Shown: positions 47,361 to 61,081, counted from the first letter of the stretch. The stretch is 64,000 nucleotides of DNA from Euglena gracilis (GCA_039621445.1 CP154954.1:37867703-37931702), one strand, 5' to 3'. Notes: generated from the letters alone by a model not told the origin. A program made the numbers and translations.

Positions 47361-50300
47361 ATCAGGTGGGAAAAGAGCTCAGTGCACAAAACCCGGTCCG
47401 GACCGTTCAAAAATTACACCCTCCCCTGAAAGAGGGTGAAAAATTTTCCTGAATGATAACCAAAAAACCACAACTTCCAAACCCGACTTCTATCTTATCT
47501 ATTCCGATGCCCCCCCCCCCCAAGTTGCACCCAGTAAGGGGGGCAAGGGAGGCTTTATATTTGGGGGGGGAATCAAACTTTTTCAGGAAGCTCTGTGACC
47601 TTTAGCGGCCTTCAATTGTGGCCAAATACCAATTTTCCGCCAAATTTTTGTTGTGTACCTCATATTTTCGCAAAAATGTATCCCCCCAAGCCCAATGAAC
47701 ACAAAGGTGACAATCTAGACGGTCTGAACGGGGGGTGTTCATTGGGCTTGGGGTACAGTTTCTGTGTGGATAAGGTATATGGTGACAATCTAGACGGTCC
47801 GAACACCCCCTACCCCCTGTTCGTTGGGCAAGGGTGTTCATTAGGCATGGGGGGGGTAATTCATATCCAAGATGAAGCACTTCTGGTGAAAGAAAAATGT
47901 TGTATCCATCCAAAATTTTTCGACTTTTTCCTGAATGACACCAGCGTCTGGCTCAACATCGGGGGATCGGGGGGGGGGGCTTTATATTGGGGGGGGCTTG
48001 ATATTTGGAAAGGGGTTTACCGCATTTCTTCCGGGTAACATGCAAATATGGCAATGACAAAGATGAGTAAACAAAAATTCTCAGCACCTCCTTCTGGATG
48101 GATTGTTGCAGAAAAGGCTCTTTCACAAACAAATAATCTATGAACGTTGGAAACGAGCATACCGATGCTCTTCACAAGCAGACTGCTGTTTCACCCACAA
48201 ACTTCCCAAGCAACCATGGTTCTTGGTCCATGACTGACATTGCAATTTGGTCCATTTTGTAAAAAGTGAAAACTTCCGAAATCTCTTCCACGAAATTGTG
48301 GCAGGATACGCAAGATTTGGAAACACCCACTGATGTATTGGACGGCCCTTTTGAGGGGGATTTTTTCCGTTGGGGTGGAAAAAAACAAAAAAAGAACAGT
48401 GCATTCATCAAGAACATCCCAAACAGACATACATGTATGTGTTTGAAGTAGCGAGCAAAAATGTCTGTTCCCAATCTGCTGGCAACATGCACACAGGTTG
48501 CCCAATGTTCCCAAATGCGCTGTCAATCTTTCCATATTGAGCACAAAATTCCAATTCACATGACCGGGAATGAATTGTACTAAAAGCAGCTTGGGCGAAA
48601 GCAAAGCAATGTTCACTTCGTGCCCCAGACATGGTTCCTTTTCAACCTCGGAAAAAAAACACACCACCCAAAGGATTAGAACAAAAAAAAACAAATATAC
48701 ACATGTATATATATATATATATATATCCACCAATCCTCCGATATGATGGTACAATTCCAGACAGATGGGGGCACCCCCTGCAAGTCCCTGCGAGCCCCCT
48801 CCCCAAATTTCTGGAAAAAAATCAGTCAATGTTGTTGCGAAAACAATTCAGACACTTTGAAGACAAGGGGGGGATGTGCCCCCCCAATAAGATCCCCCTG
48901 GGCCAGGCCAAGAAAAATCCAAAAAATAAGACCCCAAATTCTAGACCTCCTGACGGCGCAAAACCCCGGAGGCAATGAAAAAGAACCCCAACAACCCCAA
49001 TTATGGGCACAAAAAAATGATGAGAATTGTGATATATATCCCCCCCGGGCGCTTGTGCGCCTCAACAAACGTGTTGCTTCCATGATGGGTAGATACTGTT
49101 GAGCAAAATCAACCCATATTTTGCATCTTTTCACTTTGAGAACGTTTGATTGCTCAACTTCTGGACATCAGATAAACTTGGTGGGGAAAAAAAGCACACA
49201 ACCAAAACAAATATAACTCATAATTTGACTCCACCAACCTAAACATAGTATTTCAAGCCAAGTGTGGGACTCCAAAGCCAAAGGAATGGAGCCAGACATA
49301 TACGCAAGGGTGGGGCTTAAACCCATCCCTGGAAAGCTCCAAGGCAAAGATTCGCAACGTGCTTCTCCTCTGCATTTCATCCAGGCGTGTGTGTGCATAG
49401 ATATGAGTAGAACAATTTTTTTGAAAAAAGATTTGGCCTTGTAAGAGAACATGCTTTTTGACAGAATCACTAACACCCCAAATGGCTTTGCCCCCTGCAA
49501 AATCAATGCACTAATCTTTTTGGCCCCAATCCCCTGCAAAATGATCTGGGAAGCACCTAATGAACCAGTGATCGACCAACTGACCACGTTTCCGAAAAGC
49601 AGTTTGTTAACAGGTCCTGTGTGTCCCCCCCCCCCCGTAACAAGCGAAATTGTGGGGAATGATGCAAAAAAAGCATCTCAAATGCAAAAATGTTCAGGTG
49701 GACGATGAACAGAAGCATTAAATCATGTTACAGTTATAATAAAAAATTACTCGGATGGATGTTTTTTTGGCCAGTGGGCAAAAGAGGGGGGGGGGCGGGG
49801 AACCTCCGTCCCCCATGAAAAAAAATCTTCAATTTCCATGAACATTGTTTGGGCAAGTTTTGGGGAAAATGTCTCAACATGATGTTGCAGGAAAATGGGG
49901 GAGACAAAATTTTGACCTTTTTGGGGGCACACCCTGGGGTCAGTCCCAATCCCGCTGGCACGGAAAGGGGAGGCTCAAACCCCACCGCCATCAAAGAGCC
50001 CATCCCCAAAAAATCAGCAGAGGTTCTTCTGAACCGATTGACTGAACCCAAAAACACCATCCTCCCCCATTTTAACACCCCCCCCCTCGGGCACAAAATC
50101 CCAGCGAAATGGGAAAAAAAAAACACTACCCTGACAAATCGGGGTACAGAAATGATGAAAACGCTGATTTCATACCAGATTAAAGCTGAAAAAATTGCTG
50201 TGTTTTGCAAACCAAAAATGGGTCTCCAAGCCCCCCCCGCCCCCCAAATTAAGACCTGGTTATTTTTGGGTCCATTGCTGAAAACTTTTTGGGGTTATTT

Positions 50301-50612
50301 AATTATTTATTTTTCTATTCATTTATTGTGTGTTGTAACCCCCCCAAAGGCCTCCTTTTTGGGTCCGTTTCTGAAAATCCCAAAGACAATTTGGGGGTCT
50401 ATTTGGATTTCCCCCCAAAAATCCGGAGGGGGGTCTCGGGTCTGGGGTCTCGGGTTTGGATTTTTGATAAAAAAATCGGCAGGGGGGCCTTAAACCCCTC
50501 CCTCACTTATAACCCCCCCGGGGGTTTAAGATCCTGTCCCGAGGGGGGGGTTATAAGTGGGGGGGTTCAGCCTTGGCGGTTCTCTTTGCCTTCTCATGGC
50601 TTCCGGGGGGGT

Positions 50613-50992
50613 TAGGGTTCGATATAAGGACAGGTGGGGGGGGGTCCGGACTCCCCCTGCGGGCCAGGAGGGGGGGGGGGACACCCCCCACCTAAACAGT
50701 TGCGCGGTCAGGGTGACCGAAAAATTTTGACCCCCCAAAACGACCAAAAGTGCCAATTTGGGCACTTTTTGGGGCAAAAATGTGCCAAAAATGCAAAAAA
50801 TTTTCGGCGCAAAGCGCCGGAGGAAAAAATTGACCCTTTTTGGGGGTTCCGGGTGCCCCCCTCAGGGTCGGTCCGGACCCCCCTGGCAGGTGGGGGGGGG
50901 GGGGGGTCCGGACCCCCCTGCGGGCCGGGGGGGGGGGGGGTGGTCCGGACCCCCCACCTAAACCGTGTACGCCCTCCTTATATCAAACCCTG
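50613..50992. mobile_element. hAT-type MITE family A, nested in a TTATAACCCCCC/GGGGGGTTATAAG repeat
   Basis: TAGGGTTCGATATA...TATATCAAACCCTG; reverse-orientation homolog of 23653-24026. Confidence 0.85.
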
Positions 50993-52140
50993 GGGGGGGG
51001 TTATAAGTCACGGTTTAGTGGTTGGGCCCGAGGGGGGTTATAAGTAGGGGGTTTATAGGATGGGGGGGGTATAAGTGGGGGTCGGGTTTATTTTGGGGGG
51101 GGTCTTATTTTGACTGATTAGGCCCAAATAAAGATTTGTTTCGGGGGTCCAGTTTGGGACCATTCTTTTTTCCGTGCTTTGTACAAAAATACAGGAAAAC
51201 TTGCCCCTTGGGGGAGGGTTACACTGGCCCTGACTCGGCCTGACCCCCAGGGCCGGAACCCCCCCCCCCCAGGTCACCAATCTTAAAAAAATATCTGATG
51301 CGAGCCTTCTTTGAACCCTGGAGTGGACGGGATTGTGGTCAGATTCAATTCAGGGCAGGTGGGGGGCCCTCCTGTCCAGCAGGGGGGGGGGGTAACAGAA
51401 AGGAGCATGTATGGGTTGGAAACTCCAACCCATACATCCTCCTTTCGAACCTTGCTTGTGGTCGACCCTCCCACCCAGAGAGTTTCCAGGATGATTCCAG
51501 CCCTACCCCAAACAATTCGTTTGGCTGGGAGCCAGCAACTTTTCAGTAGTTTGACATCCGGCTTGCTAATCCAATTCACCCTGAAGAGGAGAAATTTGGA
51601 CAATATTCACAAGCGAGTTCTGTTAATGAACTATTGTCGAGGAAAGCAATGGCCAACATTGTGAAGGTAGGGTGGGTGGGTGGGGCGAGGTAAATAGGTC
51701 CAGATGGAGACCGGCCACCGCAAGCGCAGGGGGATCTCACTGGACAGCGGCAGGAATGGGCAGCAACTGTGTGGAACTATGCGGCACACTTTAATCACAC
51801 ACTTGGGCGAAGCCCAAAACGGTGCCCTGAAGATATTTATGCTAAGGCAACCTCCTCCATGAAACTGTGGACATCCTTAATGGACAATGAATAACAAGGC
51901 CACCGGACAGGATAGGGGGGAATGCAACATGGACCCTTGAAAAATGCGACACAAAAAAAAAAAAACAAATGAATGCTAATAAACACAAATTGTATGGAAA
52001 CATGACAAGGACACATTGACACATTTTGACACATTGACAAACAGGACAAGGGTTGCAAGCATTCATCAATGACATCATCAGAAGGTATAAAAATCCAAAA
52101 GAAGGAAAGACAAATAAAATTCATGATGATGCGTCCCAAA

Positions 52141-52390
52141 CAGGGGTTTTTTTAAGACCGAGGGGGGAGGGGGGGTCCCCCCCCACCCACCCACCCCCTG
52201 GGGGGGGTCCCGGGGGACCCACAAAAAATGGCCGAAAATCGCGAAAAGTGCTAAAAATAGATTTTTTTCAGCGCCTGCGGCGCCGAAAAGTATATCCCAC
52301 CCCCCTCCGGGGGGGACCCCCGGGGGGGGGGGGGGGCTCGGCCGGACCCACCCTACCCCCCCCGGGGGTCCACGACTTAAAAAACCCCTG
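52141..52390. mobile_element. hAT-type MITE, family B
   Basis: CAGGGGTTTTTTTAAG...CTTAAAAAACCCCTG; perfect TSD GTCCCAAA. Confidence 0.93.
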
Positions 52391-53416
52391 GTCCCAAACA
52401 GAGTGGTCACAGGGGTTCAATGAAAAAAAAAATTGTGGCCTAAAATACTTGTTCAATGGGGATCAATAATTGTGTCCAAAGTATCCGGAGGGACAACAAA
52501 ATTGGCCAGGAGGGATCTTCATTTTGTCCTTGAGTGTCCGCAAGCTGTAAAGGCGCATGCAGCCGAAGGAGCCAGTCCACTACCCCCCCCCCCCCCTGGG
52601 TGCTTGGCCCGCGCCTTGATTGAAAGTAAGCCTGGGGGCTCAACCTTCGGGCTGAATTGTGCATGTTAAAACATTCGGGGGCAAGTTGAAGGCATTCGAA
52701 GAATGGCTGGGAAGAAGATCCAACACATTTTGAAATGCCTTGGCTAAATCTCCTTAGAACTGTGGCCAGTGCAAAAAAACAACAACCTATGTTCCAAAAA
52801 AGTGCAGTTGACAGAGGAGGGTGTCAACGACACGCTGTGTCAATGACATGGGGGGTTTAGGGGGGGGGCAACCACCTGGGGGAGGGCAAGAGCCAAGGGG
52901 GGGAAGAACTGACACTCCCAAATTTGATGGAAATTAAAAACAAAATCAACAAAAAATACAGGAGGAACGGTCCAAATAGAAGCACACCCCCTGCTACCAG
53001 AGGCGGCAGTCTGCCATACTGCGCTTTTATCGGGGGGGGGGTGTTTGGAAAGAAGGGCAGTGGACCTCACTGACAACCTCCACCTTACTTGCCACTTTCA
53101 AATCAAACTGGGGTGTCATCTAGGTGAGTTAAGCAACATGGTGCGCATGAGGCATACAGAAAATGTTAGCAAGCACCTTGGTATTTTTGGACAAACACTG
53201 ACAAAAACCAGGTATGAAAGTGAACCAGATGAATATGCATTCCTGTGCAAACAACAAAGCAAATATAAAGAGGTTAGAAATGAATAAATCACAGAATCTT
53301 TTTTGCAGCGGCAGACAAACAACAGGTGAGAATGCAAACGAGGGCAGGATAAGATTTGCATGTCACAAATTCCTGAACACGATAAAAACCTCCTCCTGTT
53401 GTCCAATCACTGGGAT

Positions 53417-54350
53417 CAGGGGTTTTCTTAAGGACCGGGGGGGGGGGGGTCCAGCCTCCAGCTGGCAAAACGGCTGCTGGCTGGACCCCACCCCCCCCCC
53501 TAGATGTTGGGAGGGGGGGTCCGGACCCCCTCACCCCCCCCTCCTTGACAGGTGCCAAAAATAGCAGAAAATTTTCTTCTGGCGCTGCGAGCCAGAAAAT
53601 GAGCAAAAAAACACCCCTTTTGCTGACTTTTGGACATATTGCCCATTTTTTTTGATGTGTTGGTGTTTTCCCCCAAAAACATGTTCAAAAAAATTCAAAA
53701 AATGAGCATTTTTGGATCGATTTTCGAAGAAAAATCAGGGTTTTTTGACCGATTCCGACCCGATTTCCGGCCCCTTGCCCGTCCATGAAATCAAAAAAAA
53801 ATTCGGCCCCCCCATCAGTTTCGAGGTAGGAGGGGGGGGGGCCGACCCACCCCCCCCCCCCCCCCCGGTCCGAACCCCCCCTACCACCTTACCCCCCAGG
53901 GGGGGGGGTGGTCGGGACCCCCCCCCTTTACCACCTACCTCAATACCGAAGGGCTTCCCATCCATCCCCCCCCGGGGGGATAGGGGGGGAGGGGGGGTCC
54001 GGGGCTGGAGGGGGCTGGGCTGGGCTGTGTTGATGAAAAACAAAAATTTCTGGACAATTTTGCCATTTTCGACATTTTGATGGATGGAGCTAGATCAAGG
54101 CTGGGGGGCTGTGATGGAGGAAGGTGTGATGAGGGGGGAAAATGCAGGGATAGGTGAGCTGGGCAGCCTAGTTGGTTGGCCAGCCTGTGGCCGGCTGGCC
54201 TGGCCTCCGGCTGGACCCGACTTTATTTCACCGACCCCCCCCTGGGGGGGACTCCCAGCCCCGATTTGGGCTGCTGGCTGGATTTGAGCTGCTGGCTGGC
54301 TGGACCCCTCCCCGGGGGATGGGGTACCCTCCGGCTTAAGAAAACCCCTG
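53417..54350. mobile_element. Non-autonomous hAT-type element (934 bp), family E
   Basis: TIR CAGGGGTTTTCTTAAG...CTTAAGAAAACCCCTG; TSD ACTGGGAT/ACTAGGAT. Confidence 0.88.
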
Positions 54351-54397
54351 ACTAGGATCCTGAAGTCTGTGCGACGTGGGGGCAGGGCAGGCAGGGG

Positions 54398-54788
54398 CAG
54401 GGTTCGATATAAGGACAGGTGGGGGGGTGGTCCGGACCCCCCCCCCCCGCGGGCCAGGAGGGGGGGGGGTGGGGGGGGGACACGCCCCCACCTAAACAGG
54501 TGCGCGGTCAGGGTGGCCGAAAATTTTTGACCCCCCAAAACGACCAAAAGTGCCATTTTGGGCACTTTTTGGGCAAAAATGTGCCAAAAATGCAAAAAAT
54601 TTTCGGCGCAAAGCGCCGGAGGAAAAAACTGACCCTTTTTGGGGGGGTCCCGGGAACCCCCCCAAGGGTAGGTCCGGACCCCCCTGGCAGGTGGGGGGGG
54701 TGGTCCGGACCCCCCCCCCTGCGGGCCAGGAGGGGGGGGGGACACCCCCCCACCTAAACCATGTACGCCCTCCTTATATCAAACCCTG
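54398..54788. mobile_element. hAT-type MITE, family A
   Basis: CAGGGTTCGATATAAGGA...TCCTTATATCAAACCCTG; near-identical to 50613-50992. Confidence 0.88.
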
Positions 54789-57048
54789 GTGGGGGGGTCA
54801 TATTTTTTTTGGTTCGGACCTGGGGAGTCCCCCCCCAGGGCTTTGCAGGTCCCCCGCCAGAGGCAGGGTTTGGGCCATTTTTGGCCTTCTTCGTGCTCAA
54901 AAATTTTTGAACCCAAAATTGACACCCCAAAAACTTGTCACCTGGATCCCCCCCACACCTTGGTCTTTAACATCTGGTCTGGTCTGGTCTGGTCTGCACG
55001 CTCTGACGAGGAGAAGAAGTGGTGTTCACTGGGATGGTCATGGGGCAAAGGAGGGGAGAAAACTCTAGCCTGCTTAGACAATGCCAGGGACACATAGCTG
55101 GTCACTCTGCGGCACCAAGAGACACCAGACATTCTGGAGCTGATCCGATAAATGCTGCACTTCGCAAACCAAACAAAAGCAATCAGAAACTCAAATGTTG
55201 GTGGCATTTCCAAAGAGTATTCAAGAGAGGCACCTCAAAGCAAATCAAGTTTTCTTGAATCCCCCTCGGGTACCAGGGGCAGGGTTCGATGTAAAGGGAA
55301 TTGGGGTTGGACCTCCCTCCAATCTGGGGGCGGGGCCGCCAGGGCCGCCACATGTTCAGGGGGGACGCCCAGGGTGGTCCCCGAGAAAAAAAATTTCCAT
55401 CCCAGCAGATTCAATGAAAAATGCTCAAGGGTGGTCCCTGACGTCCTTATCAAGCGCCCTGGGGTCAAACACCAGAGCAGGGTTCGATACAAAAGCAAAA
55501 ATGGACTTTTGGGTAGATTTTTGGCCGGTTTTGATGAGCAATATTTCTCGCCGGGCCGAAAATCAGTTAACCCCCCCGGGGTTTTATTTTTTCGCCCGAA
55601 GTCCCGGCCCGAGGGGGGTATTATTTGGGGGGGGGTGTTATTTCCCAAAATTTTTCGAAATTTTTTCAAGTTCTGTAGGAGCAAAAAGAGCAAAAATAGC
55701 GCCAAAACCCCCCTTTGGGGTCATTTTTTGTACTTTCTCATGAAATTTAGCATTTTTTGGAGGTCAGATAATTGATTTTTTTTCGCAATTTGTTGTAAGA
55801 GATTGTGAATTTTTACCAACATTTTCAGGTCAAAAATCCGGGCCTTCGGCCCGAAACCAGGGGGGGGGGTATTATTTCGGCGGCCGAAATCGGACCCCGA
55901 GGGGGGGTATTATTTGGGGGGTATTATTTGGGTTTACCCAGATCGCGCCACTGTTCAGGTGGGGGGAGTATCCCCAGGATCATTGCAAAAAGCCTGAAAT
56001 GGGAACATTTTTCTCGTGAACAAATGAAATCATTCAGTGTCTTTTGTGCACGTGGGCGGCAAATGGTGGATCAATCCAATACCAAAATGACAAAAAGAAA
56101 ATATGGCTTTGACACATACCCCAGATTCTTCTTTGTTTGTTTTCAGCATATATTGTCCCCCACATGTTTTGGGAATGCTCACTTGACAGGGGGGGAACCA
56201 GCAATGTAGGCCAAACAAGAGGTTTTGTTTGGACCAAATTTTGCAAAAATCTTTTGCCAAAACTTTCCAGAAAATATCAACGTGCCCCATTGATATGGGG
56301 CAGGTTTTGAAACAACATAATCCAATGATATTTGCATCTGCGGCATTTTATTTTGAAACCGGTTATTCCAAAAACCCAGATTTCCCAAAAACCTCAAAAT
56401 TTGCACAAAAATAATTTGTTCCCAAGAAATGACTCCATTTGGTGCATCTTCTTTGAACTATCACATACTCCTTCAAAACTATTATTTATAACTTTTGTAT
56501 TTCTTCTGCTTGAAGGAGCAATGCACATTATGGGGATGGATGTGAAATGCTGCCAAAAAGTATTGAAAAGCCATGCTTGCATCGGTGTAAATGGAGCAAG
56601 ATGCCCAGTTGAATAGAACTGGAAAGAAAATAGCCTTGATGGGATGAGACAAGAAGAGGAACAAAACTGCTGTTGCATACACAACACAACCCTCTTCCTT
56701 CCACTCTCCGCACCGGCACGCGCGCGTGTTCCAAAGATGATTCTAACTTTTGTGGCGTTTTATCTCAGCATTGTCTTGTCCCCCCCCAAATTATTCCTGG
56801 AATATGTGGATACACCAGGAGAGGAAACATAAACACCTCAGAATGCAATTCAAAACAAGCAAAATGTGCAAAAAGAACACAAAACACAAAAAAAATGCAA
56901 AAGGGCACAAAATCATTCAGGGATTTCTTGGGGATGCACACTTTTCGACTCAAGAACATTTTCACCTATGCCAGAAAAATTTAAGATTCTTGCAACACAA
57001 TGCATATTGATCAATGAATTCATTGAAAATTTCGTTCACACCATTCTA

Positions 57049-57453
57049 AACCCCCCCTAATAAGTGCACGGGTGTGCGCATTTTAAGGTAGTTTCGGACC
57101 CGAAGGGGTGCGCACTTATTAGGGCAGTGCGCACTGTTTAGGGCAAAGCCGAAAATACTCTCGTTTCCCCCACTCTTTTTCAATTTTCTCCCATTTTGTG
57201 ATTTCAAGCTATGAGTCGCGTGATTATGTCTCAAATTTGGGCGGACGATAGAAATATTTGGTTTAGAAAGACAATTCTGAGAATCGTGTGTGCTTTCCAA
57301 CCTGAGATGTTACCGTGATTTCTCCTTGGGGAGTTCACTTTTTAGGGAGGTAATTTCGGAACCTTGGGGGAGCACTTATTAGGGAACTGCGCACGATTGG
57401 GGACTTATTAGGGGGGGTTACTTATTAGGGGCGCACTTATTAGGGGGGGGGTT
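57049..57453. mobile_element. MITE with AACCCCCCCTAATAAGTGC termini
   Basis: Inverted termini and repeated GCACTTATTAGGG subterminal motifs. Confidence 0.7.
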
Positions 57454-57931
57454 CACCAAAAAACATTGCATAGAAATATGAGCCAAAAAATGTTTTGCAC
57501 ATTTTTTTTTGAACAAAAATGCGCAAAAAATGTGCAAAAAATGTCCGTTATTAAAAAAATCAGCACAAAAAGTCAAAAAAAAACATGCAAAAATAACACA
57601 AAAAGAAACACCAAGAGGAAAGTTACCAAAAGGAAGCATGGTCCAATCCAGCTAAAATCCAGGTCAGTTGGACCGATTTTGTTTTGAAATAAACCCCCCA
57701 GAAAACTATTCAAAATGGCCATTTTTTGCGCTTTGCGGTGCTTTGCGCTTTTCCAGCCACTCCAACTTTATTTCAGCAGATCCTGGAGGGTGGTCTTCAG
57801 CCTGGCTGGGAGCTGAAGAATGTTGCCTGGCTGGACCCCCCCCCCTGGAGGCACGGTCAGTTCCATGCCCTCCCAAAACGTGTTGCTGCCCAAACACCCT
57901 TTGCTTTGGACTGCTGAACAGGAATTAAAAT

Positions 57932-58742
57932 TAAAACCCATTTTTCTGGGCCCGCGGCCTGTCTTGATTTCTACTGACTTAAACGGAATTCAAACTGAAA
58001 TTGTTTAGGTCAGTCGATTTCCATTCAGGCGCCGTTTAGGTCAGTCGATTTCCATTCAATTGAAATCTGTTGCTGGTCAGATTCGGAATTTTTAGTGAAA
58101 TTTTGGACGTTTTGGATTTCCACGTTTTTGGTCCTGTGGGGTTCTGGAAACTATTTGGACCGACAAAGGCTGAATTTTGCAGTCAGATGATCATAACTGG
58201 CTGAACTCAGGATGTCCATTTTCATTTTCTGGAAATTCAGAATAACCATTTCTGTACAATTTGGCCAGATTCAGCTGTCATCACTGGTCGTCTGAAAGAG
58301 AATCTTTTGATCGAGGGGTGATTTTGCAACTGTTAAAACCTGTTTTCTGGGACTGACGCCTGTCTTGCAATTCTACTGACATTAAGGGGTTTCAGGCTGA
58401 AATTGTTTTGTCGATCCCGATCCCAATGGTCTAAACTCAGAATTTAAATTTCATTGGTCAAGAATTTGGGGAAATCTGGTTTTTGCCAAAAAATGCCCAA
58501 AATAGAACAAAAAAAGGTTGGTCGATTTCCAAGACATTGGAATCTGTTTAGGTCAATTGATTTCCATTCAGGCGCCCGTATAGGTTAATCAATTTCCCTC
58601 AGGCGCCCGTTTAGGTCGGTCGATTTCCATTCAGGCGCCCGTTAATGGGCCAGAAACCACTTTTTTTTGGCTATTTCCGTCCACGCGGTTCGGTCGAATG
58701 AAATTCAAGACAGGCGTGCGGGCCCAGACAAAATAGGTTTTA
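57932..58742. mobile_element. Foldback/TIR element with internal repeats of about 31 bp
   Basis: Imperfect TIR of about 40 bp (TAAAACC.ATTTT.CTGGGCCCGC.GCCTGTCTTGA); five internal GTTTAGGTCAGTCGATTTCCATTCAGGCGCC-like units. Confidence 0.65.
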
Positions 58743-59388
58743 GAAAAATCGACCGACATTAACCAGGTCACCCAAGCCACTTTTGACAACCCCTGGCCGA
58801 CCCCCCCCTGGGGGGGGGGGTTGGGCTCAAAACCAGTCAATCACTCTGTAAAACCAGTCAGTCAACCCCCAGGGGTCGGCCAGTGCTTCAGCAATTGACT
58901 GCATCCAACCCAATTAGAAAAAACTTATGAGTCACTTTGTGTGTGAAAAAAACAAACAAAACTGAGAACCTTAGACAGAAAAAATTAAGCAGAAACACAA
59001 GGGAAGTGATGTGAGACCTTGGAATAAGCACCCTGGGTGAAAAATCACAAAATGCCATCAATATACACTTCTGTCTGTTCTGTCATAGAGAACAGCAATT
59101 TTGAAGAAATGCTGCAAATGCAGGCAAGCAACGCATGAGGTCCTTGAGGGGGGAAAACACAGCCGACAGCCTCAAAAAATACTCAAAACTGAAAGATCAG
59201 CTTCATCTTTGTCGCTGCTCACTGTTTCTCCTTCTGCTTGTGGAAAGTGATATCCAATGACCTGCCATCCAATGGAAATCCATTGAGTGCCTCAAGTGAG
59301 GCCAAGCTTTGACTTAGAACAGCACACAAAATTAAACCGCCAAGCATAAAGAACTCAGCGAATACCCCCAAATAATCCACCTCTGAAC

Positions 59389-59624
59389 CAGGGGTTTTTT
59401 TAAGACCGGGGGGGGGGGGGGGGGGGAGGGGGTCCCGGGGGACCCACAAAAAATGGCCGAAAAATCGCGAAAAGTGCTAAAAATAGAATTTTTTCGGCGC
59501 CTGCGGCGCCGAAAAGTATATCCCACCCCCCTCCGGGGGGACCCCCCCGGGGGGGGGGAGGGGGTCCGGCGGACCCACCCACCCTCCCCCCCCCCCCCGG
59601 GGTCCAAACTTAAAAAAATCCCTG
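59389..59624. mobile_element. hAT-type MITE, family B
   Basis: CAGGGGTTTTTT...AAAAAATCCCTG; perfect TSD CTCTGAAC; reverse-orientation homolog of 10218-10511. Confidence 0.93.
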
Positions 59625-60765
59625 CTCTGAACACAACCAAACAAATCTCCATATAAAATAATTACTCTCACAAACCGAAATAAACATACATCCATTTTCC
59701 TTGCTTCCTTTCCATCTATGTGGCATGGGATATTGTGAAAATTGCACCTTTGTCTCACAATTATTCATATTTGCTCATTTTATGATGTTTGTTTTCATAT
59801 TTTTGTGAGTTTTCAATCTGTTTCAAAATTGGGGTTTTTTCCTGTTTTCTCCCTCAGCATGAGATTTGTCAAAAAAAACCTTTTTTGCTTCTGGAAAAAA
59901 ATTTCTTCATTTTTTCCCTTTGTGCTGAAGACAATGGCTATCAAGCTGTGACGGGGCTTGACTTTTTATGAAATAAATGTCGCTGAAACGGTGAAATTGA
60001 CTCAAAGAGAAAGACATTGACTTCAATTCTGAATCCACCATCAAATACCCTCAACCCCCCAGATTGTCCCCTACCCCAAAATGGCCATTCGGCCTGGAAG
60101 AAGTTTTGAACCCCCCGTGCCAGATTGGCAAAATTGGCCGGCGCTGGGGGGTCAGGTTGGGCCAAACAGAGGAGGGGGTAAAGTTGGGGGTGGCCAAATT
60201 CGGCCCACACAGCTCAGGGAGTCAATAACCAGGGGCAGGGGGGTCAATACCGGGGGAGGGGATAAACAAAACTCCTTTGGTGCCAAAAGCAACGAAAGCA
60301 GCAAAATTTCCAACGACAACAAAATAATGAGTAAAGCTTGGGACAAAATCAAAAAGAATTATTGCCCTAACTACTAATGACTGTTTAAAAAAATACCCAA
60401 AAAAGGAACAATAAATCTTGAGCGACAAAAGAAAAATGTGCAAAATTGGGTGGTCCATGGTGGTCCATAACATGTGGAGCGACGCGCCAGGAGGTGAGAA
60501 ATTTTGGTCCAGCGTTCGCGCAGGACCTGAAATGATTTGATTTTGGGGCCCCCTCCTTATGTGAAAGTCCCAATTGCGTGCATTTTATTCTTCTGGAACA
60601 AGGCGCTGCAATTGCAAAAAAAACCCGAAATTTCCCCTCGATTTTTTTTGTATTCACAGAAGCGAAGCAGGAAATATAGGGATTCTCTCCAGCCGGATGT
60701 TTTCGAAGGGCCTCAAGGGGTTTTAAAATTTGGAGAGGGGGTCAGGGCAGGTTTCTTGTTTGGAT

Positions 60766-61081
60766 CATGCTTGTGCTTACCAACCGGGGGGGGGAGGGGG
60801 GGGGGGGCTATAGGGTGCCTGCCCCTAGCAGGCACACCCCCCCCCCCGGGGGGATAGGGGTCCGGGCCGGACCCAGAAAATTTTCATTGAAAATGGCTGT
60901 TTCCGGGCCCCCGGCGCCTTCGGCGCCGGGGTCTGAGGGGGGTGCCTGCTAGGGGCAGGCACCCCCCGAAACCCTACCCCCCCCCCCCCGGGGGGGGGGG
61001 TCGGATCGGGTGCTATGGGGTGCCTGCCCCTAGCACCCACCCCCCCCCCGTGGGGTAGGCACCCGACTAAGCACAAGCCTG
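60766..61081. mobile_element. hAT-type MITE, family D
   Basis: CATGCTTGTGCTTA...TAAGCACAAGCCTG; perfect TSD GTTTGGAT; central CCCCGGCGCC-TTC-GGCGCCGGGG hairpin. Confidence 0.92.

Noticed and set aside
48050..53400. Short coding-like ORFs, possibly a decayed transposase (similar stretches at about 56-57 kb and 61.7-62.0 kb)
   Set aside because: No recognisable motif, and the frames are fragmented; cannot be called without a homology search.
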